Positions 1 to 13,090 are shown, numbered from the stretch's first letter. The stretch: 64,000 bases of DNA from Mobula hypostoma (GCF_963921235.1 NC_086108.1:67458001-67522000); one strand, 5' to 3'. Made by a program: numbers and translations. Notes: generated by a model not told the origin, from the sequence alone.

Positions 1-385
1 CTCCACCCACAAGGATTCTACATCTTTTGACCTTTCTTCACCTCTTTCTAAGGAATTGATTTCATTCTTTACCAACAGAGCCACCCCACCCCCTCTGCCT
101 ACCTGCCTGTCCTTAACAATGTGTTAAGCTTCCAACTATGACCTTCTATCAGCCACAACTTAGTGATGCCCGCATTATACCTGCCAATCTAAATGTGCTG
201 CATGATCATCTACCTTATTCCATATACTGCGTGCTTGCATTCAAATACAGCACCTTCAGCCCTGTATCCATCACTTTTTTTCAATTTTGCCTCCATGTTA
301 TGAGAAGTTAAATTCTTATCCCTTTCTAAACTACACACTGCACCTGCTTGTATACAAACTGCCCTATCGCTCCAGTTCCCAACCC
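1..385 (-). mobile_element. CR1-clade LINE fragment (ORF2 APE endonuclease N-terminal region), degenerate
   Basis: Minus strand reads VESLWVE and DRQVGRGGGVALLV-like motifs, matching the same region of the CR1 copy at 5.3-5.7 kb. Confidence 0.8.
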
Positions 386-439
386 CCTGCGAATTTCACC
401 ATCTTCTCAGACAGAAATACCAAAGTACCTTCATTTTAA

Positions 440-1035
440 ATGAACTCCCTGGACCTATAGCAACGTTCCCTCTTTGGAGAATTTCCTATTGGCGGAAACA
501 TCTCAAATTTACCCTGTCTTTCCATTTAAGATTTTCAATAAGATTATCCCCTCATTCTTCTAAAATCCAAAGGATCTAGGTCTATCTTTTTTAGATGATC
601 ATGATAGAACAATTTTTCATCCCAGATATTAATCCAGTGATTTTTTTCTGGACTACCTCCAATGCTAGTGTGTCAATTATTAAATAAAGGGAAAAGTTGT
701 ACATGGTGCACCAGGTGTGGTCACATTGTACAATAGTACCTCCTTATTTTTCTATTTTTAAACTCTAGTCCTGGCAATGAAGGCCAATATGACATATAAC
801 TGTTTAATTTTATGCTGCATACAGAAGAAGATGAAAAAATCTTCTGTACTCCAGTGCAATGGCAAAATTTAAGAGGAATTTAGACAATCCCACTGAATGG
901 GCTGGGAATGCAGGGATGTAGACCATATCAAGCGGATGGGATCAGTTTAAATTGGCATCATAGTTGGCACAGATATTGTCAGCCAAAGTGTCTGTTCCTG
1001 TGCTGTCCTGTTCTATATTCTATACTCTATGCACC
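440..1035. mobile_element. Old CR1 3' fragments (minus about 440-820, plus-strand tail about 860-1035)
   Basis: Weak similarity to CR1 3' ends elsewhere in the window; ends in a tgtgctgt..gttctata tail. Confidence 0.45.
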
Positions 1036-1134
1036 CTCTCTCCACTTAAATGATAGTCAGCCTTTTGATTGCACCTTCTGTGCTGTAATGTTCTAATGTT
1101 CTCAAGAATACGACCTCACAATTTTCTACATTAA

Positions 1135-3450
1135 TAAGAGCATAAGACATAGGGGCAGAATTAGGCCATTCAGCCCATCAAGTCTGCTCCACCATTCCAT
1201 CATGGCTGATTCCGGATCCCATTCAACACCATACACCTGCCTTCTCACCATATCCTTTGATGCCCTAACCTATCAGGAAACTATCAACTTCCGCCTTAAA
1301 TATACACACTGACTGGGCCTCCACCACAGTCTGTGGCAGAGCATTCCACAGATTTACTACACTCTGGCTAAAAAAGTTCCTCCTTACTTCTGTTCTAACT
1401 GGCTGCCTCTCAATTTTGAGGCTGTGCCCTCTAGTTTTGGGTATCCCCACCATAAGAAATAATCCTCTCCACATCCACCCTACCTAGTCTTTTCAACATT
1501 CGGTAGATTCCAATGAAACCATGACCCCCCCGCCCCAGGCCAAAAGCTGCCAAATGCTCCTCATGTGTTAACCCCTTCATACTGGGAATCATCCTTGTAA
1601 ACCTGCCCTGGACTCTCTCCAATGACACACCCTTTCTGAGATATGGGGTCCAAAACTGTTGACAATACTCAAAGTTTGGCCTGACTAGTGTCTTATAAAG
1701 GCTCATCATTATCTCCTTGCTTTTATATTCTCAGGACTCTGGGATGTAGTCTATCTGGTCCAGGTGACCTATCCACTTTAAGACCTTTCAGTTTATCTGG
1801 TACTTTTTCCTTTGTAATACCAATGGCATTCACTCCTGACACTCATGGGCCTCTGGCACACTCCTAGTGTCTTTCACAGTGAAGACAGATGCAAAGTACC
1901 AATTAAATTCATCCGCAATTGTCCCCCATTACTACCTCACCAGCACCATTTTCCAGTGGTTCAATACCAATACTCACCTCCCTTTTATTCTTCATATAAC
2001 TGAAAAAAACTTTTGGTATCCTGCTTTATATTATTGGCAAGTTTGCCCTCATATTTCATCTTTTCCCTTCTTATAGCTTGTTTAGTTGCCTCTTGTTTTC
2101 TAAAAGCATCCCAATCATCCAACTTCCCACTCACTTTTGTTACATTATATGCCCTTTCCTTGGCTTTTATGCAGTCCTTAACTTCCTTTGTCAAGCACAG
2201 TTGCCTACCCCTGCCATCTGAGAACTTCTTCCTCTGTGGGACATATCTATCCTGCACCTTGTGAACTATTCCCAGAAACTTCAGCCACCTCTGCTCTGCC
2301 ATCATCCCTGCCACTATCCCCCTCCAATCCACCTGGGCAAGCTCTTCTGTCATGCCTCTGTAATTCCCTTTATTCCATTGCAATACCTATACATGTGATT
2401 TATGCTTCTCCCTCTGAAATTATCAGTATGAAGTCAGTCATATTATGATCACTGCCTCCTAAGGGTTTCTTTACACTTACCTTCTCAATAAGATCTGGGT
2501 TATTACACAACACCCAATCTAAGCTTTGCCAAGTAGGCTCAAGCACAAGCTGCTCTAGAAGGCCATCTTGTAGTCATTCAACAAATTCCTTCTCTTCCGA
2601 CCTGACACCAACCTGATTTTCCCAATCCCCTTGCATATTGAAGTCTGCCATTACAATTGTGTCATTACCCTAATTACATGCCCTTTCCAACTCCCTTTGT
2701 AATCTCAACCCCACATCATGGCTACTATTTGGAGGCCTATATATGATTCCCATAATGTTTTATTTTACCCTTGCAATTTCTTAACTCCACCACAAAGATT
2801 CAACATTCTCTGACCTTATGTCACCTCTTTCTAAAGATGTAATTCCATCTCTTACCAACAAAGCCACACCACCACCTATGCCTTCCTGCCTGTCCTTTCC
2901 AGACAAAGTCTATCCTCAGCTGTTAAGCTCCCAACAATGGCATTCTTTCAGCCACGACATAGTGATGCCCACAATGTCATACCGACCAAACTCTAATTGT
3001 GCCACAGGTTTGTCCACCTTATTCTGAATGCTACGTGCATTTAAACACATTCCTGCATTCTTTGCCCTTTTGAATTTTGCCTCTGTGGTATAATTTAACT
3101 ATTTCTCTGTCTGCATTTGTACCCAATCATTGGCTTGACCTTTCTTACATTCATGTTACACCCATTATCTAATTGTAAGCTGCTGGCTTCTCCTCAGCTC
3201 TGTCATCCTGGTTCCCATTCCCCAGCCATATTAGTTTAAACCACTCCCAATAGCTCTAGTAAGTATGCCTGCAAGAATATTGATCCCCCTCAGATTCAAG
3301 TTCAACCAGTCCCTTTTGTACAGGTCCCACCTGCCTCAGAAAAGGTCCCAATTATCGAGGAATCTGAATCCCTGACTCCTGCTCAATTCTTCAGCCACGC
3401 ACTTATCTGCCACCTCATTCCATTCTTACCTTCACTGTCACGTGATACAG
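1135..3450 (-). mobile_element. CR1 LINE with most of the RT core deleted (ORF1 esterase end, APE, 3' end)
   Basis: 3' tail at 1135; ORFs TRGHSLK..NFFSQ.VVNLWN and LYKTLVRP.EYC; junction near 1730 jumps to the KSPGPD region; WNKGNY and PQRKK motifs; ORF1 end GFRFLDNWDLF..WDLYKRD at about 3240-3420. Confidence 0.9.
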
Positions 3451-3451
3451 G

Positions 3452-3851
3452 TTCAGCAGCGCAGCAGATATGGCAATTGTGCTCGTGAATATGCACATGT
3501 TAGCTAATTATTATTTCATTGTGATAGCACTTAACTCCATTCTGTCGTAGTATTTGTTGAGACTTGGACACAGCAACGCTTGGTTGCCTGTATTCCTCCT
3601 TGCCTGAGAAATTGGACTGTTGAGTCAACTGGCTCTGAAGATTAGCGGTATTAGTTTTATTCTTAGTTGTTCTTTTCAGCTGCAGTGTAGGCTTCATTTT
3701 CCATTTGACTGTTTTAGTCAACGGCCCTGTTTGGCCTAGCATTTATTGTTTTCTTCTCCTTTTAACATTGTTCGCATTAAAGTCTGTGAACTATCGACCT
3801 GCATCAGTGATTCTCACTCCACACTTGGGCCATATCCGAACCATGGTGACA
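3452..3851 (+). mobile_element. Possible LTR-like repeat fragment
   Basis: Ends GTGACA with an ATTAAA about 70 nt upstream; abuts the CR1 break; no clear TSD or 5' TG end. Confidence 0.3.
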
Positions 3852-4321
3852 GCAAGTCTCGACCACACAGATGGACCCAGGACAGAGACTGCAACTGACC
3901 TTGGCCATGAGATCCATTGGTCAGAATGATTTGCAGAGGCAACAATGTTCCATTGGAATTCCTATGTAGAAACTGTTTCTGTCTCCACCATGACAGAAAG
4001 ATCTTGCCAAGTAATGGACCCAGCAAAGTTTGAACAGTGACATTTTGACATTGGTGGCTTGAGGAGAGGGTGACTTCTATTCTCAGTGCATGTCCTGACC
4101 ATATTCCGAGAGTCCCGAGTCCCGAGTCCCGAGTCTAAATACCGAGGTTCTCTAGTCTACATTGAGTTTCTCTGATATCCATTCCAAGCTTTTCAAGTCA
4201 CAAGTACCCAGGTTCCCAGCTTTGTGGTCCCCTGACTCAGATCTGCGTAACAAATGAGCGCTTCAAGCAAGCTTTTCAATTGATTCAACAAATCATCACT
4301 TAAATCAATAGTGTAAATTCT

Positions 4322-5009
4322 AGAACGTTAGTCTGCCTCCGTTTCTGTTGCGTATTTATTTTATGACGCAGTTTCATTTTTAAAACAGAGTGTTACATTC
4401 TGTTGCAAGGTACAATAGTGCTGGACTGGCAACTTTTGCCAGACGTGTTGATATACCTTTTTCAAGCAGTATTAGAGAGTGAAGACTTTATCGAAGTACA
4501 GAATATGAAGGATTAAGAGAAGTCTGGAATGTTCGGCAGTTTAATAAAGGATTGACCTTATTGAGTCTTCGTTGAAGAAGTAGCGACCTGCACTGTGGAT
4601 AACTCTTGCCGAAAGAGCAAGGTTGTCTCTAGAAGAAATTAAGGTCAGTTGTGTTAAGCCGTTTATTTCCTGCATTGTGAATCCTTTGGACAGAACCAAC
4701 AGGAAAGTCACGTCTATGAAGAAATCCTTCTCCAGAGAAGTCTCTCCCAATTGAACGTATAAATGTGTTGGACTTTCGAATTTACCATTTTAAGAACTAA
4801 ATCTGACTTTACCGCTTTAAGAACCGGTTTCGCATTTAACGCTTTAAGAACCAGTGCCGAGTGACGATTTGTTGAACGGCTGCATAGCGGTTAACTTTCG
4901 GTTAAGGTTTTCGTTTGTTTTTTTTATTGTTTATCCGTGTTTAATAAATGCTTGGTTGTTTTTATATAACCTGTCTCATTTGATATTCACTGCTGCCGGT
5001 TACGTAACA
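4322..5009 (+). mobile_element. Solo-LTR-like element, probably 5'-truncated
   Basis: Ends CGTAACA with AATAAA upstream; shows patchy similarity to the reverse complement of 30353-31114. Confidence 0.55.
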
Positions 5010-5166
5010 CAAGTCAATAGTGTAAATTCTCCAAAAGCTGATTCCTGGCTGGTGTGCAAATACACAAGTAAAATAACCCTATCAAGAGTATTTTTAACCT
5101 CCTGATGAAAGTCATGGTACAGACTGGAAAAATTGAACTTTCATGTAGCAAATTAAACAGATCTAC

Positions 5167-8100
5167 AGAGTTTAAACTAAGAAGTGGGGGGCGGGGGAGG
5201 AGACGAACTGAAATTACAAGGATGGAGTTAAAGGGAAAGAGAGAATAAGAAAAGTTAAGAAAGACAACAGAATTAACAGGGCAGAAAGCTCAGGAAGGGA
5301 TCGGAGAGTATGGCCAAGTGCAATAGGGATCAATGTGAAAGGTGAGGGGAGTAATGGATTAAAAGTCTTAAATATGAATGCACGAAGTATAAGAAATAAA
5401 GTGGATGAGCTTGAGGCTCAGTTGGAAATTGGCAAGTATGATGTTGTAGGAATAATAGAGACATGGCTGCAAGAGGACCAGGGCTGGGAAATGAATATTC
5501 AAGGATATACATCCTATTGAAAGGACAGACAGGTGGGCAGAGGGGGTGGGTTGGCTCTGTTGGTGAGGAATGAAATTCAGTCCCTTGCGAGCGGCAACAT
5601 AGAATCAGGAGATGTAGAGTCAGTATGGATAGAACTGAGAAATTGTAAGGGCAAAAAGTCCCTAATGGGAGTTATCTACAGGCCCCCAAACAGTAGCCTG
5701 GATATAGGGTGCAAGTTGAATCAAGAGTTAAAATTGGCATGTCGCAAAGGTAATGCTACGGTTGTTATGGGGGATTTCAACATGTATGTAGACTGGGAAA
5801 ATCAGGTTGGTACTGGACCCCAAGAAAGGGAGTTTGTGGAGTGCCTCCGAGATGGATTCTTAGAGCAGCTTGTACTGGAGCCTACCAGGGAGAAGGCAAT
5901 TCTAGATTTAGTGTTGTGTAATGAACCGGATTTGATAAGGGAACTCGAGGTAAAGGAGCCATTAGGAGATAGTGACCAAAATATGATAAGTTTTAATCTA
6001 CAATTTGAGAGGGAGAAGGGAAAATCGGAAGGGTCAGTATTACAGTTGAACAAAGGGGACTATGGAGCCATGAGGGAGGAGCTGGCCAAAGTTGACTGGA
6101 AAGATACCCTAGCAGGGATGACAGTGAAACAACAATGGCAGGTATTTCTGGGAATAATACAGAAGGTGCAGGATCAGTTCATTCCAAAGAGGAAGAAAGA
6201 TTCTAAGGGGAGTAAGGGGCGACCGTGGCTGACAAGAGAAGTCAAGGACAGTATAAAAATGAAAGAGAAGAAGTACAGCATAGCAAAGATAAGCGGGAAG
6301 CCAGAGGATTGGGAAACTTTTAAAGAGCAACAGAAGATAACTAAAAAGGCAATACGGGGAGAGAAGATGAGGCATGAAAGTAAGCTAGCCAAGAACATAA
6401 AGGAGGATAGTAAAAGCTTCTTTAGGTATGTGAAGAGGAAGAAATTAGTTAAGACCAAGGTTGGGCCCTTGAAGACAGAAACGGGTGAATTTATTATGGG
6501 GAACAAAGAAATGGCAGAGGTATTGAACAGGTATTTTGAATCTGTCTTCACTAGGGAAGACACAAACAATCTCCCAGATGTAATAGTGGCCGGAGGAACT
6601 GAATGAAATTCACATTAGGCAGAAAATGGTGTTGGATAGACTGATGGGACTGGAGGCTGATAAATCCCCAGGGCCTGATGGTCTGCATCCCAAGGTACTT
6701 AAGGAGGAGGCTCTAGAAATCATGGACACATTGGTAATCATTTTCCAATGTTCTATAGATTCAGGATCAGTTCCTGTGGATTGGAGGGTAGCTAATGTTA
6801 TCCCACTTTTTAAGAAAGGAGGGAGAGAGAAAACAGGGAATTATAGACCAGTTAGTCTGACATCAAGTGGCGGGGAAGATGCTGGAGTCAATTGTAAAAG
6901 ATGAAATAGCGGCACATTTGGATAGCAGTAACAGGATCGGTCCGAGTCAGCATGGATTTATGAAGGGGAAATCATGCTTGACTAATCTTCTGGAAATTTT
7001 TGAGGATGTAACTATGAAAATGGACAAGGGAGAGCCAGTAGATGTAGTGCACCTGGACTTTCAGAAAGCCTTTGATAGGGTCCCACATAGGAGATTAGTG
7101 GACACAATTGGAGCACATGGTATTGGGGTAGGATACTGACATGGATAGAAAATTGGTTGGCAGACAGGAAACAAAGAGTAGGGATTAACAGGTCCCTTTC
7201 AGAATGGTAGGCAGTGACTAGTGGGGTACCACAAGGCTCAGTGCTAGGACCGCAGCTATTTACAATATACATTAATAATTTAGATGAAGAGATTAAAAGT
7301 AACATTAGCAAATTTGCAGAATACACAAAGCTGGGTAGCAGTGTGAAATGTGAGGAGGATGTTATGAGAATGCAGAGTGACTTGGACGGGTCAGGTGAGT
7401 GGGCAGATGCAGTTTAATGTGGATAAATGTGAGGATATCCACTTTGGTGGCAAGAATAGGAAGGCAGATTACTATCTGAATGGTGTCAAGTTAGGAAAAG
7501 GGGAAGGACAATGAGATCTAGGTCTCCTTGTTCATCAGTCACTGAAAGTAAGCATGCAGGTACAGCAGGCAGTAAAGAAAGCTAATGGCATGTTGGCCTT
7601 CATAACAAGGGGAGTTGAGTATGGGAGCAAAGAGGTCTTTCTGCAATTGTACAGGGCCCTGGTGAGACCACGCCTGGAGTACTGTGTGCAGTTTTCGTCT
7701 CCAAATTTGAGGAAGCACATTTTTGCTATTGAGGGAGTGCAGCGTAAGTTCACGAGGTTAATTCCGGGGATGGCGGGACTGTCATATGTTGAAAGATTGG
7801 AGCGACTGGGCTTGTATACACTGGAATTTAGAAGGATGAGAGGGGATATGATTGAAACATATAAGATCATTAAGGGATTGGATACGCTAGAGGCAGGAAA
7901 CATATTCGCGATGTTGGGGGAGTCCAGAACCAGAGACCACAGTTTAAGAATAAGGGGTAGGCCATTTACAACAGAGTTGAGGAAAAACTTTTTCACCCAG
8001 AGAGTTGTAGATCTGTGGAATGCTCTGCCTCAGAAGGTAGTAGAGGCCAATTCTCTGGATTCTTTCAAGAAAGAGTTAGATAGAGCTCTTAAAGATAGTG

Positions 8101-8230
8101 GAGTCACGGGACATGGGAAGAAGGCAGGAATGGGGTACTGATTGTGGATGATCAGCCATGATCACAGTGAATGGCAGTGCTGGCTCAAAGGGCCGAATGG
8201 CCTACTCCTGCACCTATTGTCTATTATCTA
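5167..8230 (+). mobile_element. CR1 LINE with near-complete but disrupted ORF2 (APE + RT)
   Basis: NARSIRNK, ETWL, YRPP, MGDFN, KSPGPDG, NYRPVSLTS, DFQKAFD and [10 protein letters not shown] motifs; catalytic FADD mutated to FAEY; several stops and frameshifts; 3' tail ctattgtctattatcta. Confidence 0.95.
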
Positions 8231-8371
8231 TATAACCAACTAGCTTAGCGATGAAAGAAACCTGTCTATGCTGTCTTGATCTGTAAAATTGACGGTATAT
8301 GCTAATTGCCTCTGGAAAAAGTTGTGAAAGATAAAATACTGAGCAAGATTTGAAAAGGTTCCTTCTCTAGG

Positions 8372-9900
8372 TTGCAAATTTCAAGTTTTCAAGGTTTCCC
8401 AAGGACTTTTCTCTATGTTCCCAAGGTTTTTATTTTTCCAATTGTTTCCAAGGCTTATTCAATGTTTAGGATTTTCAATGTTCTCTCCACCTCGAGGACT
8501 CCCAAGCCTCCCTCTTGGCCCCGCCCAAGGTTTCTTGATTTCATACAAGGCTCCCTGGTCTCACAGTCCGTTGGGGTTCCAAGGTCTCTCAATCCCTCCG
8601 GATCTCCAAATCTCCCTGCCTCTCAAGTTCCCCATGCCTCCTTCTCAGGTTCCCCAGGTCACTTGAGTCATCCCTGGATCTTGAGTTTTCAGGTCTCCCT
8701 GGGCCATCAGGTGCCAGCTATAGTGAGGGGGGTCCTGTAGTGACTCCTTCAGGCCTGTTCAGGGCATCAGAGCATTGGGCTCTGAAGTTTTTAGAGCACC
8801 TGAATTGGTTAATTGTTGTTTAACAACAGTTTGTCATGGTCCTGATCGGTTATTCCCTGGGTCCCTTTAAGTTTACTTTGTGTCATGATCAGGACCATTG
8901 ACTCCTTGTTTTCCTTAACTCATTGTTTCCCCATGTTTCTTGGGCTCTGTAATTAAAGACACTTGAGTTTCAGCTGAATGAGCAGTATTTAGTGTCAGGC
9001 TTACAGATGCTTGGGGCTAGATCATCACTGGATGCACTGAAGTAAGTGTGAGCAAGTTACCCTACTGAAATAAGCCAAGTTACATCTCTGGAGCTACTTA
9101 AGTCTTCTCTCTGAAGTGAGTGCCAGTAGGTTGCCTCTCCTTGCTGGAGCTAGCCTGTTAAGTACCTTACCTGATCATGCCACTAAGCTACCTTGCTGGA
9201 GCAGGTCTGTCAAGTTAACCTGCCAGAGTGAGACTAGAGCTGCTGTTTGTAGTTCCTGGGCTGTGTCAAGGGCTTGCCACTACTTGGAGCCATTTTGTGT
9301 CAAGGTATGAACTGCCTCTCATTGTGTGGTACTGTCTCTTTGTGTCCCCATCTCTGTTGGGTAGGTCTAGCTGTTTGCTGCTACACTGAGTTGGGGAATC
9401 CTGTCTGTGTCCTGCATCCTGTGTCTAAAAGAAGAGTCCTGGCTCTATGTCCTGCACCCAGGGAGGAGTGCTGGCTCAGTGTTCTGTGTCCTGTGTCAAA
9501 GAAAGGTCTAGGTTTCTGATGTTCTGAGTTCCATGTCCAAGTCTGAGTCTAGCCTTGCTTATTTCTGCTTCTGCTTTGCTCACTCCTTGATCTCTGAACA
9601 ATCCTTGCTTTCCTAGTAATGATTAATAAACTCTATTCTTGTTAAGGCTACAAAATGTGTTTGTGTCCTGCTTTTGGGTCCACCTGTGCTCCACACTTGT
9701 GACACAGTTATTAATGGTTTAAGAGTTCCTTGTGTTTTCCTTGAGTGACTCCATCTTTGTGATGTGGTTTCCTAGTGTTCTCTGTTCAAGGTTGTTTTGA
9801 TGGGCTACCTGATTAGCTCCACTCAGAGGGTCCTCATTTTGAGAATGATTTGTCTTGGTGTCACTTGATCAAACTACCTTTGTATAAGCTCTTGTTTCTG
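8372..9900 (+). mobile_element. Remnant of a non-autonomous Gypsy-type element (internal region, PPT 8725-8732, LTR from 8736), interrupted by solo LTR 8832-9704
   Basis: 8702-8740 ggccatcaggtgccagctatagtgaggggggtcctgt resembles the PPT/3'LTR junction of the Gypsy at 21021-21057; outer boundaries uncertain. Confidence 0.4.
8832..9704 (+). mobile_element. Solo LTR (same family as the LTRs at 60799 and 63740)
   Basis: TGTCA...TGACA termini; perfect 5-bp TSD CAGTT (8827-8831 and 9705-9709); AATAAA near 9625; colinear similarity to 60799-63439. Confidence 0.92.
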
Positions 9901-9954
9901 CCTCTACATGGAAGTCTTTGGCACAGATAATGGCAGTGCAGACCATGGCACTTA

Positions 9955-10700
9955 TCTACCAGCATCCCTTTTTCTTCCTATGCCATTGGTACCAATATGT
10001 ATCACAACTCCTAGCTGCTCATCTGCTTTTTTGAGATGTAATGGACATGTCCAGAAACATCTCAGACCTTGGCACGTGGGAGGCAAGCTACCATCTGTGT
10101 TCCCTCATAGTGCCCACAAAATGGCCTATCTGTCCCCCTGACTATAGAGTCCCCTATTACTGCTGCCATTCTCTTCAGTTCCCTACCCTTCTGAGCTACA
10201 GGGCCAGACTCAGTGCCAGAAGCACGGCTGCTGTTGCTTCCCCAAGATAGGTCATCCCTCTCAACAGTACTCAAAATGGAGTACTTGTTGAGGAGGATTG
10301 CTACAGGGGTGCTCTTCACTACCTAATGTTCTCCCTTCCCTTTCCTGACAGTTATCCATTTATCAGTTTTCTGTAGCCTTAGGCTGACTATTTGTCTATC
10401 ATCTCTTCACTTTCCCTAACAAGCCAAAGGTCATCGGGCTGCAGCTCCAATTGCCTAACACGGTCTCTAAGGAGCTGCATCTCGATGCATCTGGTGTAGA
10501 TGTGGCCACTGGGGAGGCTGGAAGTCTCCTGGAAATCCCACATCTGACAGCCAGAACAGAACACTGGCTCTGTAGATATGTCTCCTAATCTCTCAAGATT
10601 TAAATAAGAAATAAGGAATGAATTTACCTACTTACCTTGCCTCCACCTATCTCACAGAAGCCCTGTTGAGCCAAAGCCTTACTACTCTGCCTTAGGCTAA
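9955..10700 (-). mobile_element. CR1 ORF1 fragment (Cys-rich/coiled region and SGNH esterase start)
   Basis: ORF 10062-10319 has NKYSIL..VIGDSIVRGTDRPFCG..MVACLP; upstream RCIEMQLLRDRVRQLE-like segment. Confidence 0.85.
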
Positions 10701-10859
10701 TCTTTTTCCCTTTTTTTTTCCCCACTGTCTGAACTCTACTATTTCCTGTTCTCGAGTCCATTTACAGGCTGAACTCAAGTCATGAATGTACTGCATTTTT
10801 ACAGACTTCCGTTAGTCCATTTTGTCCAGAAACTGGAAAATACACAAAAATTACTCTAT

Positions 10860-12504
10860 GGTAACCACACCTCCATAGTATTGCAATGGCAGCCTCCCCC
10901 CCTGCCCCCATCCTCCCCACATTCTACAGAGGATGGATTAAGAGCATCTTGAGCAGCTGCATCACTGCCTGGTTTGGGAATTGCACCGTCTTGGATCACA
11001 AGACCCTGCAGTGGATAGTGAGGTCAGCTGAGAACATCATCAGGGTCTCTCTTCCTGCCATTACAGACATTTACACTATATGCTGTACCTGTAAAGCCAA
11101 CAGTATTGTGAAGGACCTCAAGCACCTCTCATACAAACTCTTCTCCCTCCTGCCATCTGGCAAAAGGTGCTGAAGCATTCAGGCTCTCATGATCAGACTG
11201 TGCAACAGTTTCTTCCCCCAAGCCATCAGACCTCTTAATATCCAGAGTCTAGACTGACATCTACATTTATTATTATATTGTAATTTGTCCTCTACTGTGC
11301 CTATTGTCTTGTTTATTATTTATTGTACTGCACTGTTTTGTGCATTTTTTGTAGTCCTGTGTAGGTCTGTAGTCTAGTGTAGTTTTTGTGTTTTACATAG
11401 TCTAGTGTAGCCTTGTGTTGTCTCACTCAGGCTACGTCCACACTATGCTGGATAATTTTGAAAACACTGGTTTCGAGTAAAAACGACAGGCATCCACACT
11501 AAGCATTTTTCAAAATATCTTTGTCCACATTAGGTGGATATTTGGGCAAATCTCCTCCTACTGGGCATGCGCAGGACACGCAGAAAACTAGTGGGCATGT
11601 GCAGGACACACAGAAAACTAGTGAAGAGGAAACGATACACTTAGTGCGCATTTATCCAGTTACAGTAGAAAAACTTTAAAGGAATTGCTCTTGGCTGTTG
11701 CGCAGGAGGACTTAAAACTTTAAATAAAAAAAACTGGAGCATATGGAGGCAACCAACAGGGAGTTCACACAGTATGACCCAGCTGATGACTAACATTGAA
11801 AAACTGACTAACTATGTTGCATTAATAAAGCACCTTGCTAAATGTACAAAATGTCTGCATCAGTGTTATCTTGTATTTCCATACAATGTTACATTAGGCT
11901 CTTACACATCTATTGTCAGAGAAGTACTTGCATAAATAGGTAAACCACCTTCATACAAGCAAGGACAGAAAACAGGGCAAAGTGAGTATACTTATTCACT
12001 TCACTTCATTGTTAAAACAACGAACATCTGTTCCAGCACGTCATGACAGCATTTTTAAATGGTCAAAAAAGCTCACTTTACAATTTAACTCTCACGCCGT
12101 TCACACTGACTGCATGTTATAACAGCCGTACAGCAGTGCTTGCACAGTACCAAGCAAAAGCAGAAAAAAAGCATTGTTGTGTTGTCATGACAATGTTTTT
12201 AAATCTCTCCGGTTATCCTGTACACACTACGCTGGATATTAAGCATTTTCAGATTTATTCACTCTGGAGAGTTTTTGAAAATCTCCGTTTTTGGGGGCTG
12301 AAAATGCTGGCTCAGTGTGGACGGGAGGGCAAAACGAAGAGAAAAAGCTTCGTTTTCAAAATTATCCAGTGTAGTGTGGACGTACCCTTAGTCTAGTGTA
12401 GTTTTGTTTCATGTAGCACCATGGTCCTGGAGGAACGTTGTGTTTTTACTGTGTACTGTACCAGCAGTTTATGGTCAATGACAATAAAAAGTGACTTGAC
12501 TTGA
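10860..12504 (+). mobile_element. Rex1/Babar-like LINE 3' fragment, split by a DNA transposon
   Basis: FYRG.IKSILSSCITAWFGN..LQWIVRSAE motif; tail ACAATAAAAAGTGACTTGACTTGA; 3' UTR repeats resume after 12390. Confidence 0.8.
11430..12387. mobile_element. Non-autonomous DNA transposon (PIF/Harbinger-like MITE)
   Basis: 36-bp TIR GGCTACGTCCACACTATGCTGGATAATTTTGAAAAC (33/36 match between ends); 3-bp flanks TCA/TTA; no transposase ORF; internal 30-bp tandem duplication at about 11562-11622. Confidence 0.8.
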
Positions 12505-12934
12505 TCAGAAGTACAAGAGACAAAAAAAGACAATTACTGAAAGTGGGGAGGGAAAGAAGAAACTAGTCCTGCTGTAGTAGGAACAAACAAACATTAGGTA
12601 TGTGTTGGACTCATTCATATTTGGCATTTGTAACCTGGGAATGGCCTGTACTCTCATCACAACATTCCCTCCCACTTTTGTGACATCAGTTGAATTCCTC
12701 ATATTCTACTCCCTTTTTTAAGGTATTAATGTAGATAGTAAGAGGTCAAAGACTGATCCTTATGGGACTCTCCACTGGCTATCCCATTTGTTGGGTACTG
12801 TCTTTGATATCCAGATGAACAATCCTTGTACACCGCTGAATTTTTATGCATACATACAAAAAGGCATCTGCCAATTGATTTTCCAGCTGTTACCAAATAT
12901 TTATCTCAATACAATGGGTAGCAATGTCAAAGCT

Positions 12935-13090
12935 AGTAGAGGTCCTGCCTTACAGCTCTATCAACCCAACTTCAATTCTGTGCTGTCAGCGTGGAGTTTG
13001 CATGGCCTTGCTGTGACCATGTGGGTTTCTTATTCCTACACTTGTATGAACTCTCTCCAGGTTCTGCCGCTGTTTGATTAGTGTAGCATT
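12935..13090 (+). mobile_element. Degenerate tRNA-derived SINE (V-SINE-like)
   Basis: gtggagtttgcatg..gtgaccatgtgggttt central motif, shared with 23905-24140 and 59910-60180. Confidence 0.45.

Noticed and set aside
5533..6606. 357-aa ORF as a host gene or active retroelement
   Set aside because: It is a piece of CR1 ORF2 bounded by stops and frameshifts, and the RT catalytic motif downstream is mutated
5802..7996. Antisense ORFs over CR1 copies (here and throughout)
   Set aside because: Shadows of the coding strand's codon structure, recurring at equivalent positions in each copy
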